From a virus, in IMG/VR virus record IMGVR_UViG_3300034093_003283: a DNA stretch of 64,000 nt; one strand, given 5' to 3'. Shown here in pieces: positions 46,972 to 56,648 of this stretch. Below the pieces are notes generated by a model. The model had not been told where the DNA came from, searched no databases, and was given only the letters and a program-made list of their open reading frames with translations. A program made the position numbers and the translations under genes. Every line of letters starts with the position of its first letter. Positions within the stretch are counted from its first letter, which is position 1.

Positions 46972-47666
46972 AAAACATTTTTATAGTTACCTCATGTTTA
47001 CAACCATCTTTCCAAGGATACAATGTAATTAATTTTGAAGATCGTTACACACAAACTATTGAGACTTTCGATAGTGTCAGAAGGCAAACGAAAGATTCTT
47101 TGATTGTATTTTCAGATAGTTCTGTGCATCCATTGGATGATTGGAAAATGGATGTCATAAAATCCAAGGTTGATATATTTCTTGATTTCAGTAAAAATGA
47201 ACAAGCTCAAGAGATTAATAAACATGGATTAAAAAGTGTAGGTGAAAACTTTCTATTATTAAGTAGTATACATCACCTAAAAAGTCTTTATGATTTTACA
47301 ACTATGCAAGGCCGAATGTTTAAATTGGGTGCAAGAGTAAATTTACAAGATTCTTTTGATTTAAAAGATTATGATAATTGTTATGGTAAATATGTATTTA
47401 AAAAAAGGTTAAACAGCTGGATGCCAGAAGAAATACAAAATTCATATGGTTCCACACACATACTGGAAACCAGACTATATTCATGGTGTTTTTCTTTAAT
47501 TGATGAATATATTCAAGTTATACATAAAAATTTTGAATTGTTCAATAGAGGTCTAGATACAGAACACTCACATCTAATTAACATTCCTTCAGACAAATTA
47601 TTGGAATATGATATGGTAAACACTGGATGTGTTTTGGCTCTGAATGGTGAATATATGTTGGATTGA
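46968..47666 (+). CDS. Hypothetical protein (glycan island)
   Basis: 232 aa ORF overlapping upstream gene. Confidence 0.55.
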   Translation: MKNIFIVTSCLQPSFQGYNVINFEDRYTQTIETFDSVRRQTKDSLIVFSDSSVHPLDDWKMDVIKSKVDIFLDFSKNEQAQEINKHGLKSVGENFLLLSSIHHLKSLYDFTTMQGRMFKLGARVNLQDSFDLKDYDNCYGKYVFKKRLNSWMPEEIQNSYGSTHILETRLYSWCFSLIDEYIQVIHKNFELFNRGLDTEHSHLINIPSDKLLEYDMVNTGCVLALNGEYMLD

Positions 47667-47721
47667 GCATTATATATCTAATCGAATAATTCAAAAAACC
47701 GTAATGTAACTTAAAAAGTTG

Positions 47722-47729
47722 TATAAATA
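47722..47729 (+). promoter_or_regulatory. Late promoter TATAAATA
   Basis: Exact consensus heading the 47.8-56 kb block. Confidence 0.75.
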
Positions 47730-47773
47730 ACCTCACGGGCAACCAAAGTGTGTTGCGTTTCTATAGGTAAACA

Positions 47774-48976
47774 ATGTTATCTTTCAAGAGCTTTTTAACC
47801 GAACAAGAGGATCCCGATGAGGGCGCCAGCCGTCAGATTAAACACCTGACGCATGTGGAAGACCGTCCCCTACAAACAGGTGAAAAAGGCACAGCACATG
47901 CTATCAAGTCATTGACAGCTTCAGCTGAACACATCAAGGCAGGTAAGAAGACTTCCGAACTTACCACAAAATATGATGGTTCACCTGCACTTGTTTATGG
48001 TCACCATCCAACCACTGGTAAATTCTTTGTTGCATCCAAATCAGCTTTCAACAAGACACCAAAGATTAACTATACACCAAAAGACATTGATAAGAACCAC
48101 GGACACGCACCTGGCCTAGCTGCCAAGTTAAAAGATGCGCTGACTCATTTGTTCAAGACTTCACCTAAACAAGGTGTTTATCAAGGTGATATGATGTTTG
48201 GTACCGACAAGGGTGATAAACAACAAGAGAAAAATGGCGGACATTCTTTCCATCCAAATCCGTCTGGTCTAACTTATACTGCTCACGGCCAACATGCTGC
48301 CGATGTTAAGAAAGCAAAAATTGGTGTTGTGACACACTTGTCATATCAAGGTAAAGATGCAGGCAATTTAAATGTATCACACGAAGTTGACCATGAAAAC
48401 TTCAAGAAACATCCAGATGTATTCTCAGTTGATCCAAGAATGGACACAGCAAAAGTTCATTTCAGTCCAGAAGAACAAAAGAAATTCAACAAACATATTG
48501 CAATGGCTCAATCGGTACATGACACCCATGGTGATGACATGTATGCTGGTACAAAAGCACATCATGGAGTTGGTGGTTCATTGGAAACCTATATGAATCA
48601 TACAGTTAGAACAAGTGAAGAACCCAATCATCAAAACTTTAAGAATTGGTTAGAAACCGATACAAATAAAAAAATTGATAAACTTAAAGTTGAAAAGAAT
48701 CGTACAGCCAAACAAGCTGATCTTAAAGCTGAACTTGGTAAAATTGAAAGAAATAAAAAACACTATAACAATGTATTTAAAATGCATGGCCATTTACAAA
48801 AGGCCAAAGATACTCTCATTGGTGTTATGAATCAACACCAAGAATTTCAACACTCACATGCCGGTGAAGATGCTAATCCAGAAGGATATGTTTTCCATCA
48901 CAATAACGAATCGGACAAATTTGTTAATCGTGCGGAATTCTCTAAGAGAAATTTTGCTGGGATCAGAAACATATGA
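47774..48976 (+). CDS. ATP-dependent ligase-fold protein
   Basis: TKYDGS (KxDG), QGDMMF, EGYV, KFV. Confidence 0.6.
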   Translation: MLSFKSFLTEQEDPDEGASRQIKHLTHVEDRPLQTGEKGTAHAIKSLTASAEHIKAGKKTSELTTKYDGSPALVYGHHPTTGKFFVASKSAFNKTPKINYTPKDIDKNHGHAPGLAAKLKDALTHLFKTSPKQGVYQGDMMFGTDKGDKQQEKNGGHSFHPNPSGLTYTAHGQHAADVKKAKIGVVTHLSYQGKDAGNLNVSHEVDHENFKKHPDVFSVDPRMDTAKVHFSPEEQKKFNKHIAMAQSVHDTHGDDMYAGTKAHHGVGGSLETYMNHTVRTSEEPNHQNFKNWLETDTNKKIDKLKVEKNRTAKQADLKAELGKIERNKKHYNNVFKMHGHLQKAKDTLIGVMNQHQEFQHSHAGEDANPEGYVFHHNNESDKFVNRAEFSKRNFAGIRNI

Positions 48977-50775
48977 AAAAGTTTTTAGAAAAAATACAAG
49001 AAGATGCACAGACGCATACACCTGCGGTAATGGCATTTGGTCGGATGAATCCTCCAACTATTGGCCATGAGAAATTGGTTGATAAGGTAAAGCAGATAGC
49101 AAAAGACTATAAAGCACCGCACCATATTATTGTTTCACATTCTATGGATGCAAAGAAGAACCCACTAGACACCACAAGCAAAATCAAACACGCAAAGAGA
49201 TTCTTTCCTGGTGCAAATATAACTTCATCCAGTAAAGAGAAACCAACTTTCTTGCAACACGCTGCAGCATTACATGCAGCTGGCCACGATCACTTGATAA
49301 TGGTTGCAGGTTCAGATAGAACCTCTGAGTATGAACAAAAACTAAATCAATACAACGGTGAAGGTCCAGGCAAACTATTCAACTTTAAAAAGATTGAAGT
49401 TAAGTCTGCTGGCCAGCGTGATCCTGATGCCGAAGGTGCAGAAGGTATGTCAGCCTCCAAGATGCGTGAACATGCAAAGAGTGGTGACTTCAACTCCTTC
49501 AAACAAGGTGTACCAGCACACGTACCTGAGAAACATGCAAAAGAATTGTTCCGTGATGTTCGTAAAGGTATGGGTATAAATGAGAATTACAATCGTGGTC
49601 TTTTCAGAGCCATATTTGTGACAGGTGGTCCTGGTTCTGGTAAAGACATTATCATTCGTGAAGCAATTCCAGAAACTAAGGCTGTAGAATTGAATTCAGT
49701 ACAGGCTTTCGAATATCTAATGGATAAACAAAAGTTATCTGAAAAGACAAATGACCACCGCAGAGAAGCAATCCGCAATCGTGGCCCATTGATTATTAAT
49801 GGACCGGCAGATGACCACTCCAGAATACTTACCATCAAAGAAGAACTAGAAGAATTAGGTTATAGTACCACTATGGTATTTGTTGACACAACCAACGAAG
49901 CCAGTAAAGAGAGAAATGAAAGATTGACAAAAACACTTGCCGAATCAATTAGATATGATAAGTGGAAACTTGCACAGACAAGTAAGCAAGCATACATTCA
50001 AAACTTTCAGAATTTTATGGAATTCAATAACAGTACTACATTAGATGAAATTGAAGAAGATATTTCTGACACTTACGAAAAAATAAATACATTTATTGAG
50101 AACAGAAAATTTAATGAAATTGCGTTCTCTTGGTTGGAAAATCACGGTAAATATAATATAACTGACTCTGTTTTTAAGGAAGATGAAAATGTTAAAAAGA
50201 ATTTTAGATTTGTTGAAAATTACAAAACCAAGCGCACCGGTACAGGACAAGCATCCACTGGACATCCAAAAGTATCAGCCGGAACAGGCCCCAGTGCAGA
50301 CGGTCCAAGTGACATTACCCCAGACAATCGTGCAGGAGACTCCAACGCCGACAATATCAAGTGGGACAGAAACGCCAAGCGTGGAGGTTACACCTTCAGA
50401 ACCTACACCGAAGACTCCGGCCCCACAGTTAAAGTCTACCCAGCCCCGAAAGAAAGCAACTTCAGCAAAGACAAAGAAAAAATAAAGAAAAAAGGCTTGG
50501 TTGATTCTCCTACTGTTAGTCAGAGGATGAGGAATGTTTCAGGAATCAGCCAAGAATTTGATACTCGCCAACAGGGAACAGTATACCCTATGTCTGGTCT
50601 TGGCGATGTGACATATAGAGAACAAGTCGATTTTAAACGATTTAGAGAATCATTTAATGATCCATCGGATTCCGAAATGGGAGTAGCTGGTGTTTTAGGT
50701 GGTTCTACAAATAAAGAGCCAATGGAAAATCCAAACGATAAGATGGGTTACTTTAACAAGAAGAAAAAGAAATGA
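48973..50775 (+). CDS. HIGH-type nucleotidyltransferase fused to P-loop kinase
   Basis: FGRMNPPTIGH, MSASKMR; GGPGSGK. Confidence 0.8.
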   Translation: MKKFLEKIQEDAQTHTPAVMAFGRMNPPTIGHEKLVDKVKQIAKDYKAPHHIIVSHSMDAKKNPLDTTSKIKHAKRFFPGANITSSSKEKPTFLQHAAALHAAGHDHLIMVAGSDRTSEYEQKLNQYNGEGPGKLFNFKKIEVKSAGQRDPDAEGAEGMSASKMREHAKSGDFNSFKQGVPAHVPEKHAKELFRDVRKGMGINENYNRGLFRAIFVTGGPGSGKDIIIREAIPETKAVELNSVQAFEYLMDKQKLSEKTNDHRREAIRNRGPLIINGPADDHSRILTIKEELEELGYSTTMVFVDTTNEASKERNERLTKTLAESIRYDKWKLAQTSKQAYIQNFQNFMEFNNSTTLDEIEEDISDTYEKINTFIENRKFNEIAFSWLENHGKYNITDSVFKEDENVKKNFRFVENYKTKRTGTGQASTGHPKVSAGTGPSADGPSDITPDNRAGDSNADNIKWDRNAKRGGYTFRTYTEDSGPTVKVYPAPKESNFSKDKEKIKKKGLVDSPTVSQRMRNVSGISQEFDTRQQGTVYPMSGLGDVTYREQVDFKRFRESFNDPSDSEMGVAGVLGGSTNKEPMENPNDKMGYFNKKKKK

Positions 50776-50984
50776 AAAAATTCACAGAGTTTGTCAAAGA
50801 ATCGACACCAGCAACACAGCAACATGACGCTCAGGAATTGAAGCGTCAAAAAACCCATTTGATGAATAAATCAAAAGAGTATTCTGACCAGGCTGAAAAA
50901 GAGAAACACTTTGGCCACGGCGGAGCAGCGGAAGCTAAAGGTGAAACAATGGCCCAGGCCGCACAAAATGTTAAAAAGTTTTAA
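50772..50984 (+). CDS. Putative internal head protein
   Basis: N-terminus MKKFTEFVKE. Confidence 0.55.
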   Translation: MKKFTEFVKESTPATQQHDAQELKRQKTHLMNKSKEYSDQAEKEKHFGHGGAAEAKGETMAQAAQNVKKF

Positions 50985-51273
50985 AGAATTCATGATAGAA
51001 ACTGCCGCATGGCAGCGTTCTGCTGGAAAAAATCCAGATGGTGGCTTAAATAGAAAAGGTATTGCATCTTATCGTGCAGAAAATCCTGGTTCAAAATTGT
51101 CGATGGCTGTTACAACAAAACCATCAAAATTAAAACCTGGATCTAAGGCAGCAAATAGACGTAAATCCTTTTGTGCTAGAATGTCGGGAATGAAAAAGAG
51201 ATTAACTTCTGCGGCAACCGCCAAGGATCCAGATTCAAGAATCAATAAATCACTACGCAAGTGGAATTGCTAA
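50968..51273 (+). CDS. Basic hypothetical protein
   Basis: MLKSFKEFMIE; GKNPDGGLN, RRKSFCARM. Confidence 0.65.
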   Translation: MLKSFKEFMIETAAWQRSAGKNPDGGLNRKGIASYRAENPGSKLSMAVTTKPSKLKPGSKAANRRKSFCARMSGMKKRLTSAATAKDPDSRINKSLRKWNC

Positions 51274-51288
51274 AAACGGAGAACAAAA

Positions 51289-52176
51289 ATGATAGACCTA
51301 AGAAAAAAAGATGACATGATTGCAGCAATTGAACAAATTCTTCAACAAGAAGCACTCAAGGGCAATCAACATTTAATTGATAAAAATAAAAACAACAAAG
51401 TTGATCCAGAAGATTTTAAAATTCTTCGTGGTGAAAAGAAAACTGTCAAAGAAGAAGAAACTGTTGATGAAGGCATCAAAGAACTTGCCAAGAAAGCTTT
51501 CAAAGCAGTTACTGGTGGTTCAGATGAAGACCAACGTAAAGACCTACAACGCAAGATGGGTCTACCACAAACTGGTAAGAAACCAACTCCTCAAAAAGAA
51601 GAAGTTGTTGATGAAAGCCTACTAGGCCAATTGAGAGATCGTGGTAATGTTGCTACAGGTCAAAAACAACAAGATCGTAAGAATTTTGATACAAATACTG
51701 GTGCTGCATTAAAACCAAATAGCACAATTAGTGGTATTAGAGCTAAGATGCAAAACAAAGTCCAAGAGGAATCTGAACAAATTGATGAGTTGTCTAAAAG
51801 CACTCTTGGTTCTTATATTAAAAAAGCAGCTGCTGACTCCACAATTTCTCGTAAAATTGGAGCTGATTTTGAAAATCGAGCAAATTCAAAAAGAAGTCCT
51901 GCAATGAAAGATGCATCTACAGCACTTTCAGATAAGTTTAAATCCGATTCACGTAAACGTAAAGCTAATGTCGATAAAGCAGTTGATCGTTTAACAAAAG
52001 AAGAAAAACAACCAAAAACTCTCCGTCAATTCAAAGAAGGCTGGGAAGAAATGATGGCCGATGTTAAGAAACGTGCAGAGCCAAAACCAAATGGTGGTTC
52101 AGGTGTCAAACAAGGTTCTCGTTACGGTGGTTCTAAACAAAAAGACACACCAGAACAGGACACAGAAAAAAAGTAA
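51289..52176 (+). CDS. Charged modular protein; likely -1 frameshift extension to 52337
   Basis: Repeated (V/I)xE motifs; ends in A_AAA_AAG_TAA. Confidence 0.7.
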   Translation: MIDLRKKDDMIAAIEQILQQEALKGNQHLIDKNKNNKVDPEDFKILRGEKKTVKEEETVDEGIKELAKKAFKAVTGGSDEDQRKDLQRKMGLPQTGKKPTPQKEEVVDESLLGQLRDRGNVATGQKQQDRKNFDTNTGAALKPNSTISGIRAKMQNKVQEESEQIDELSKSTLGSYIKKAAADSTISRKIGADFENRANSKRSPAMKDASTALSDKFKSDSRKRKANVDKAVDRLTKEEKQPKTLRQFKEGWEEMMADVKKRAEPKPNGGSGVKQGSRYGGSKQKDTPEQDTEKK

Positions 52177-52222
52177 CTGAGGCAAAAGGACCAACCAGTC
52201 AGGAAGACGGACCTTTTGTCTC
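52167..52222 (+). other. Programmed -1 ribosomal frameshift signal
   Basis: A_AAA_AAG, 5-nt spacer, 11-bp stem 52179-52189/52212-52222. Confidence 0.75.
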
Positions 52223-52345
52223 TAACATCAATGATGCAGAAGATTTGAAGCCATTGAATCACGCAAGATACTTGGCCAAAAAATCTTTGAAAAGAGTTAA
52301 GAACGAAATGATGGGTAAAGCAGGTACATCAGAATAAGGTAAAAA

Positions 52346-53926
52346 ATGAGCAAAGCGCTAACAATAAAATCAATAGTAAAAGGCACCGCAGATAAGCCAA
52401 CTTTCGGTACCAATCCTAGAGATCCGTGGTCCGCAAAAGCAAACATTGCGGAAGATGCTGCTTTAAACACATACTTGAAATCTAGAGGTATCAATCCAGA
52501 ATTTGCAACAAAAGACCAGAAGGTTTCGCATTCCAAGACAGGACAATTCATCAAGTGGAAAAGAGACCACATGATAGAGTCCATCACAGAAGCAATTGAC
52601 AAGATGGATGTTATCATGTTTGATATTCCATTGTTGATTCGTATGTTAGAGTATGCTCGTGAAGATGCAAAGACTGATATGGATTTGCACAAGGTTGTTG
52701 AGAAGTTAATACACATTCGTAAAAAAGGTGTGTTGACTATGAAAGACTATACCTTTGTGACAAGGCTAAGAGAAGGCCTTGAACTTGATGAAAATCATGT
52801 TGCAATCGCAATGGGTCAAATGATGGACGATGAAGGTAGTATGGTTTTGAATCAGTTGGACCAAATGGAACGTGCCGTAAACATGGTTCGTGATTACATT
52901 GGTACAGACTATGAAAAACAACTACCTGCATGGGTTCAGTCAAAACTAACATTGGCATCCGACTATATTGATACTGTTGGTAACTATCTAAACAGTAAGA
53001 ATGAAGATGTTAATGAAGCTGCATCAGCTTCTATCCGTATGTACAAGGCCTTGCAACAAGCCAAAGAGAAACGTGAACGTGAAGAACGCTTGGGTAACGA
53101 ACTGTTGAACAAGAAACCACCAGAACAAAAGCCTGTACAAAAAGAGGAAGTGAAAGACGAATATGCTCGTAAGGTCAACAAATATTTAAAAAAGAAATAT
53201 GCACCAGAACAGAAACCTGTGCAAAAAGAGGAAGTTGAAATTGACGAAGGATGGAAAAGAGCATTAGGTGCTACCGCAATAGCAGGCACTATGGCCCTGG
53301 CCAGTGGTGCCCACGCAAGAGTCAGTGGTGACCATGTGGACAACCCAGAAATTAATCGACTAACAGGTCAACCAAAAGTTACACAACAAATTTCTCCTGG
53401 CGCCACAAAACCCGCAGCGACAAATCCAGGGTTTAAGAAAGAATACTTACAAAGCGTTGCAGATGGAACACACCCAAGACCTTTGATTAGTAAAGAACGT
53501 GCTCAGGAATTACTTCAACAACATAAAGACAGTGATAAAGGCACTCAAAAGAACGAAAACTATCAGGACCCAATGGCCGCAACATCTATGCCAAACGGCG
53601 GAGCAAACAGTCCAGATGATGTTATGCCAAAAGATAAAAATAAGAAACTGATTCAAATGTCTAAGTCTGCTCGAATTATTAAGTCCATCTACAAAAGGAA
53701 GGGCATGAAAGAGGAGATTTATGACCACGAAAAGGAAGATAAGTCTGTTGCAACCTATGGTAAGAAACCAAAAATCCAAAGAGCAACAGATAATTCCAAT
53801 ATGGAGAAACCACAAGCCGCTGCAGTTATGACGGGTGGCACCACCTTAACTGGTGAAAAGAGAGATACCATCGAAATCGATCCTATGATGAAGATGCGTA
53901 GTAGACCCGATTCTGGAAAAAGATAA
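52346..53926 (+). CDS. Modular hypothetical protein
   Basis: LPAWVQSK motif; PEQKPVQKEEV twice. Confidence 0.65.
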   Translation: MSKALTIKSIVKGTADKPTFGTNPRDPWSAKANIAEDAALNTYLKSRGINPEFATKDQKVSHSKTGQFIKWKRDHMIESITEAIDKMDVIMFDIPLLIRMLEYAREDAKTDMDLHKVVEKLIHIRKKGVLTMKDYTFVTRLREGLELDENHVAIAMGQMMDDEGSMVLNQLDQMERAVNMVRDYIGTDYEKQLPAWVQSKLTLASDYIDTVGNYLNSKNEDVNEAASASIRMYKALQQAKEKREREERLGNELLNKKPPEQKPVQKEEVKDEYARKVNKYLKKKYAPEQKPVQKEEVEIDEGWKRALGATAIAGTMALASGAHARVSGDHVDNPEINRLTGQPKVTQQISPGATKPAATNPGFKKEYLQSVADGTHPRPLISKERAQELLQQHKDSDKGTQKNENYQDPMAATSMPNGGANSPDDVMPKDKNKKLIQMSKSARIIKSIYKRKGMKEEIYDHEKEDKSVATYGKKPKIQRATDNSNMEKPQAAAVMTGGTTLTGEKRDTIEIDPMMKMRSRPDSGKR

Positions 53927-53961
53927 ATAGTAACATAACCCTCGGTTAAAAGGAGAATAAA

Positions 53962-54831
53962 ATGTCATCTTGGGGAAATAACGATAACGCAGCTAACGCA
54001 CCATACTGGGCTGTTGAAACAGTACAAACAACAAATGCACCGGTTGCATCCGCACCAACAGCAGCAAACGTTGCATTGTTGTATGGTAACACACAATTCC
54101 AGGCATATACACAAGGTATGACTGTTGGATTATTCATGGTAGATGCTACAGAAACCACTGCTGGTGGTGATAATGTAGTAGATATCTCATTGTCAAATCA
54201 AGGTGCAGGATATGTTGAAGCACCTGGTGTTTCTATTGTAGCTAGTGCTGGTGCATATAGTGCAAGTGCCACCGCTACTATTTCTGCTGGACTGGTGAGT
54301 AATATTACAGTTGCAAACACTGGTGTTGGTTACACATCAACTCCAGCAGTTACAATTCAAGTACCTGTTTTAACTGTTCCTACAGCTACAGTAATTGTTG
54401 CCAATAACGTAATAATGTATACCGCACACGGGCAAGCAAATAGTGCGGCTCTTGTTTTCAACTGGGGCGGCTCTGCTAACATTAATGGTCTAACAAACGC
54501 AAACACATACTATGTTGTGCCTGTTGATGCAAATCGTTTCTCGTTGGCCAACACCGCAGCCCTTGCAGCAAACAATTCTGTTATTGACCTTTCATCAACT
54601 GGTGAAACAGGACAATTCTTTACTATTGTTGATGCAACCAGAGCAACAGCAATTGCAAGTCGTGGTTTAAGTCAAAGTGTTGATGGATCAGAACATGCAA
54701 CACACACTGGTTGGAACATAAAAACAGTTGGTTCCGGTGGCCGTGCAGGTCGTGTTCAGTATGAAACGTTAGTTGCCATTTCCGAAATTATAGGTGATGG
54801 TTCGGACGATATTACTTTACCTGACGCTTAA
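53962..54831 (+). CDS. Putative virion structural protein
   Basis: Ala/Thr/Gly rich, GxGY..xPxVxI repeats; GATAAATA upstream. Confidence 0.6.
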   Translation: MSSWGNNDNAANAPYWAVETVQTTNAPVASAPTAANVALLYGNTQFQAYTQGMTVGLFMVDATETTAGGDNVVDISLSNQGAGYVEAPGVSIVASAGAYSASATATISAGLVSNITVANTGVGYTSTPAVTIQVPVLTVPTATVIVANNVIMYTAHGQANSAALVFNWGGSANINGLTNANTYYVVPVDANRFSLANTAALAANNSVIDLSSTGETGQFFTIVDATRATAIASRGLSQSVDGSEHATHTGWNIKTVGSGGRAGRVQYETLVAISEIIGDGSDDITLPDA

Positions 54832-54858
54832 TAAAAGGGGCTTCGGCCCCTCTATAAT

Positions 54859-55245
54859 ATGTTTGATGAATTGAATGAAGATAATTTTATGATGTATGCT
54901 ATGAAATGCTATACATCACCACACTGTATTATGTCGGAATTTGAGGGAGATATTAAAAGAACGAAATACCTGAAAAGGTTATTCCGTAGATACAAGATAA
55001 CAAAATCCCTCAAAGAACGATTGATTATAAACCATATCATTTTATTGAACAATGTTTTTGGTCCAGAAGCAACTGCAAGAATATTGTTCTATAAGACTGA
55101 TGTTCGTGATTATGATATTCTAAAAACTTTTTTGGATTATCTAGATATCATGCCTGATTTTGTTTATGGTGTAAATGGAAAAACTATAGTATCATCAGAA
55201 ATACCACTAGATATAAATGTCGCAGAGATATTAAGAAACATATGA
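54859..55245 (+). CDS. Hypothetical protein
   Basis: KYLKRLF, ERLIINHIILLNNVFG. Confidence 0.65.
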   Translation: MFDELNEDNFMMYAMKCYTSPHCIMSEFEGDIKRTKYLKRLFRRYKITKSLKERLIINHIILLNNVFGPEATARILFYKTDVRDYDILKTFLDYLDIMPDFVYGVNGKTIVSSEIPLDINVAEILRNI

Positions 55246-55895
55246 AAACATTCAAAGATTACTTAGAAGAAAAAGGTCGTTGCTGGCCAGGTCATAGACC
55301 TGTTCCGGGTAAAAAACCTTTTTCTCCAGGTAGCTGCACAAAAGAAGAACTTGAATTGCAAGAAGATTTGCGAAAGTGGTTTAAACAAAAATGGGTTCGC
55401 ATGGACACCAAGGGAAACATTAAAGGTGATTGTGCTCGTGAACCTGGTGAAGGCAAACCAAAATGCCTACCTCAATCAAAAGCACAAGCATTAGGCAAAG
55501 AAGGTCGTGCCAGTGCAGCAAGAAGAAAACGCAGAGAAGATCCTAATCCAGAACGCCGTGGTGCACCTATCAATGTTGCTACCGAAGAAGTTGAACAGAT
55601 TGATGAAAAAAATGTTCCAACTAGTCCGGAAAAATGGGCTCGAGCAAAAGCAGCTGCTAAATCAAAATTTGCAGTATATCCATCAGCATATGCAAATGGC
55701 TGGGCGTCCAAAAAATATAAATCAATGGGTGGTGGATGGAGAGCAACATCGGAAGAAGTCATGTCAGCTGCACCAACTAACGCTGTCGGCACTGGTAACA
55801 TTGCAGGTTCAGGTGGTGCAGGTGGAGAACCAGGTGTTTCTAAGAAAAGAAATCCACTAATGTCATTCTATAAACGAAAACCTCCAAAGATGTAA
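55242..55895 (+). CDS. Modular basic protein, putative internal head protein
   Basis: MKTFKDYLEE; YPSAYANGW. Confidence 0.6.
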   Translation: MKTFKDYLEEKGRCWPGHRPVPGKKPFSPGSCTKEELELQEDLRKWFKQKWVRMDTKGNIKGDCAREPGEGKPKCLPQSKAQALGKEGRASAARRKRREDPNPERRGAPINVATEEVEQIDEKNVPTSPEKWARAKAAAKSKFAVYPSAYANGWASKKYKSMGGGWRATSEEVMSAAPTNAVGTGNIAGSGGAGGEPGVSKKRNPLMSFYKRKPPKM

Positions 55896-55896
55896 T

Positions 55897-56343
55897 ATGT
55901 GGATTCTTCAATGGTTGCCTAACTGGATCTTTTACGGGATATTTTTTGCAGGTCTATTAGGTCTGTTGGCCACTTATATAATGAAATTTATACCGCTTGT
56001 GTATGTGTATCGGACACCAATACAAGCGGTTTCTGTTTTGTTGATTGCAATAGGCACTTATATGTCCGGTGCAATATCAAATGAAGAAGCATGGCAGAGT
56101 AGAGTGAAAGAGATGGAAGCTAAAGTGGAAGCGGCTGCGGTAGAATCAGCACAAGAGAATGTAAAGATAGTTGAAAAGGTTGTAAAGAAAACCGAATACA
56201 TCAAAACCCGTGGCCAAGATGTTGTTAAATACATCGACAAAGAGATTGTCAAATATGATACTAAGTTTCTTCCAGGCGGTCAATGCGAGATACCAAAAGA
56301 ATTTATTGAAGCACATAATAGAGCTGCCGAGGCACCTAAATGA
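55897..56343 (+). CDS. Inner-membrane spanin-like (Rz)
   Basis: N-terminal TMs, coiled coil, C-terminal Cys; before lipoprotein and lysin. Confidence 0.6.
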   Translation: MWILQWLPNWIFYGIFFAGLLGLLATYIMKFIPLVYVYRTPIQAVSVLLIAIGTYMSGAISNEEAWQSRVKEMEAKVEAAAVESAQENVKIVEKVVKKTEYIKTRGQDVVKYIDKEIVKYDTKFLPGGQCEIPKEFIEAHNRAAEAPK

Positions 56344-56648
56344 AAAACATTGAAAAACAACAAAAGATTAGCACTATCCTGTTTGTTATAATAACAGCAA
56401 TATTCTTTTTTGCAATGTTATCGGGATGTTCAACTACAGTTCCAGTCACAGCTAAATTTCCAAATGCGCCAGAACAATTACTAGCTAAATGCCCTCAATT
56501 AGAAAAATTAGGTAATGAAGTAAAATTGAGTGATATAAGTAAGACGATTACTGCAAACTATACAACTTATTATGAATGTGCTGTGAAACATGATGCCTTT
56601 ATTGAATGGTATAACGTACAGAAAAACATTTTTGAAAGTGTAAAATAA
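56340..56648 (+). CDS. Outer-membrane lipoprotein spanin-like (Rz1)
   Basis: Lipobox LSGC, Pro-rich, two further Cys. Confidence 0.65.
   Translation: MKNIEKQQKISTILFVIITAIFFFAMLSGCSTTVPVTAKFPNAPEQLLAKCPQLEKLGNEVKLSDISKTITANYTTYYECAVKHDAFIEWYNVQKNIFESVK

Noticed and set aside
54836-54852. Terminator
   Set aside because: UUCG hairpin without a following T run; more likely a stabilising or processing hairpin.
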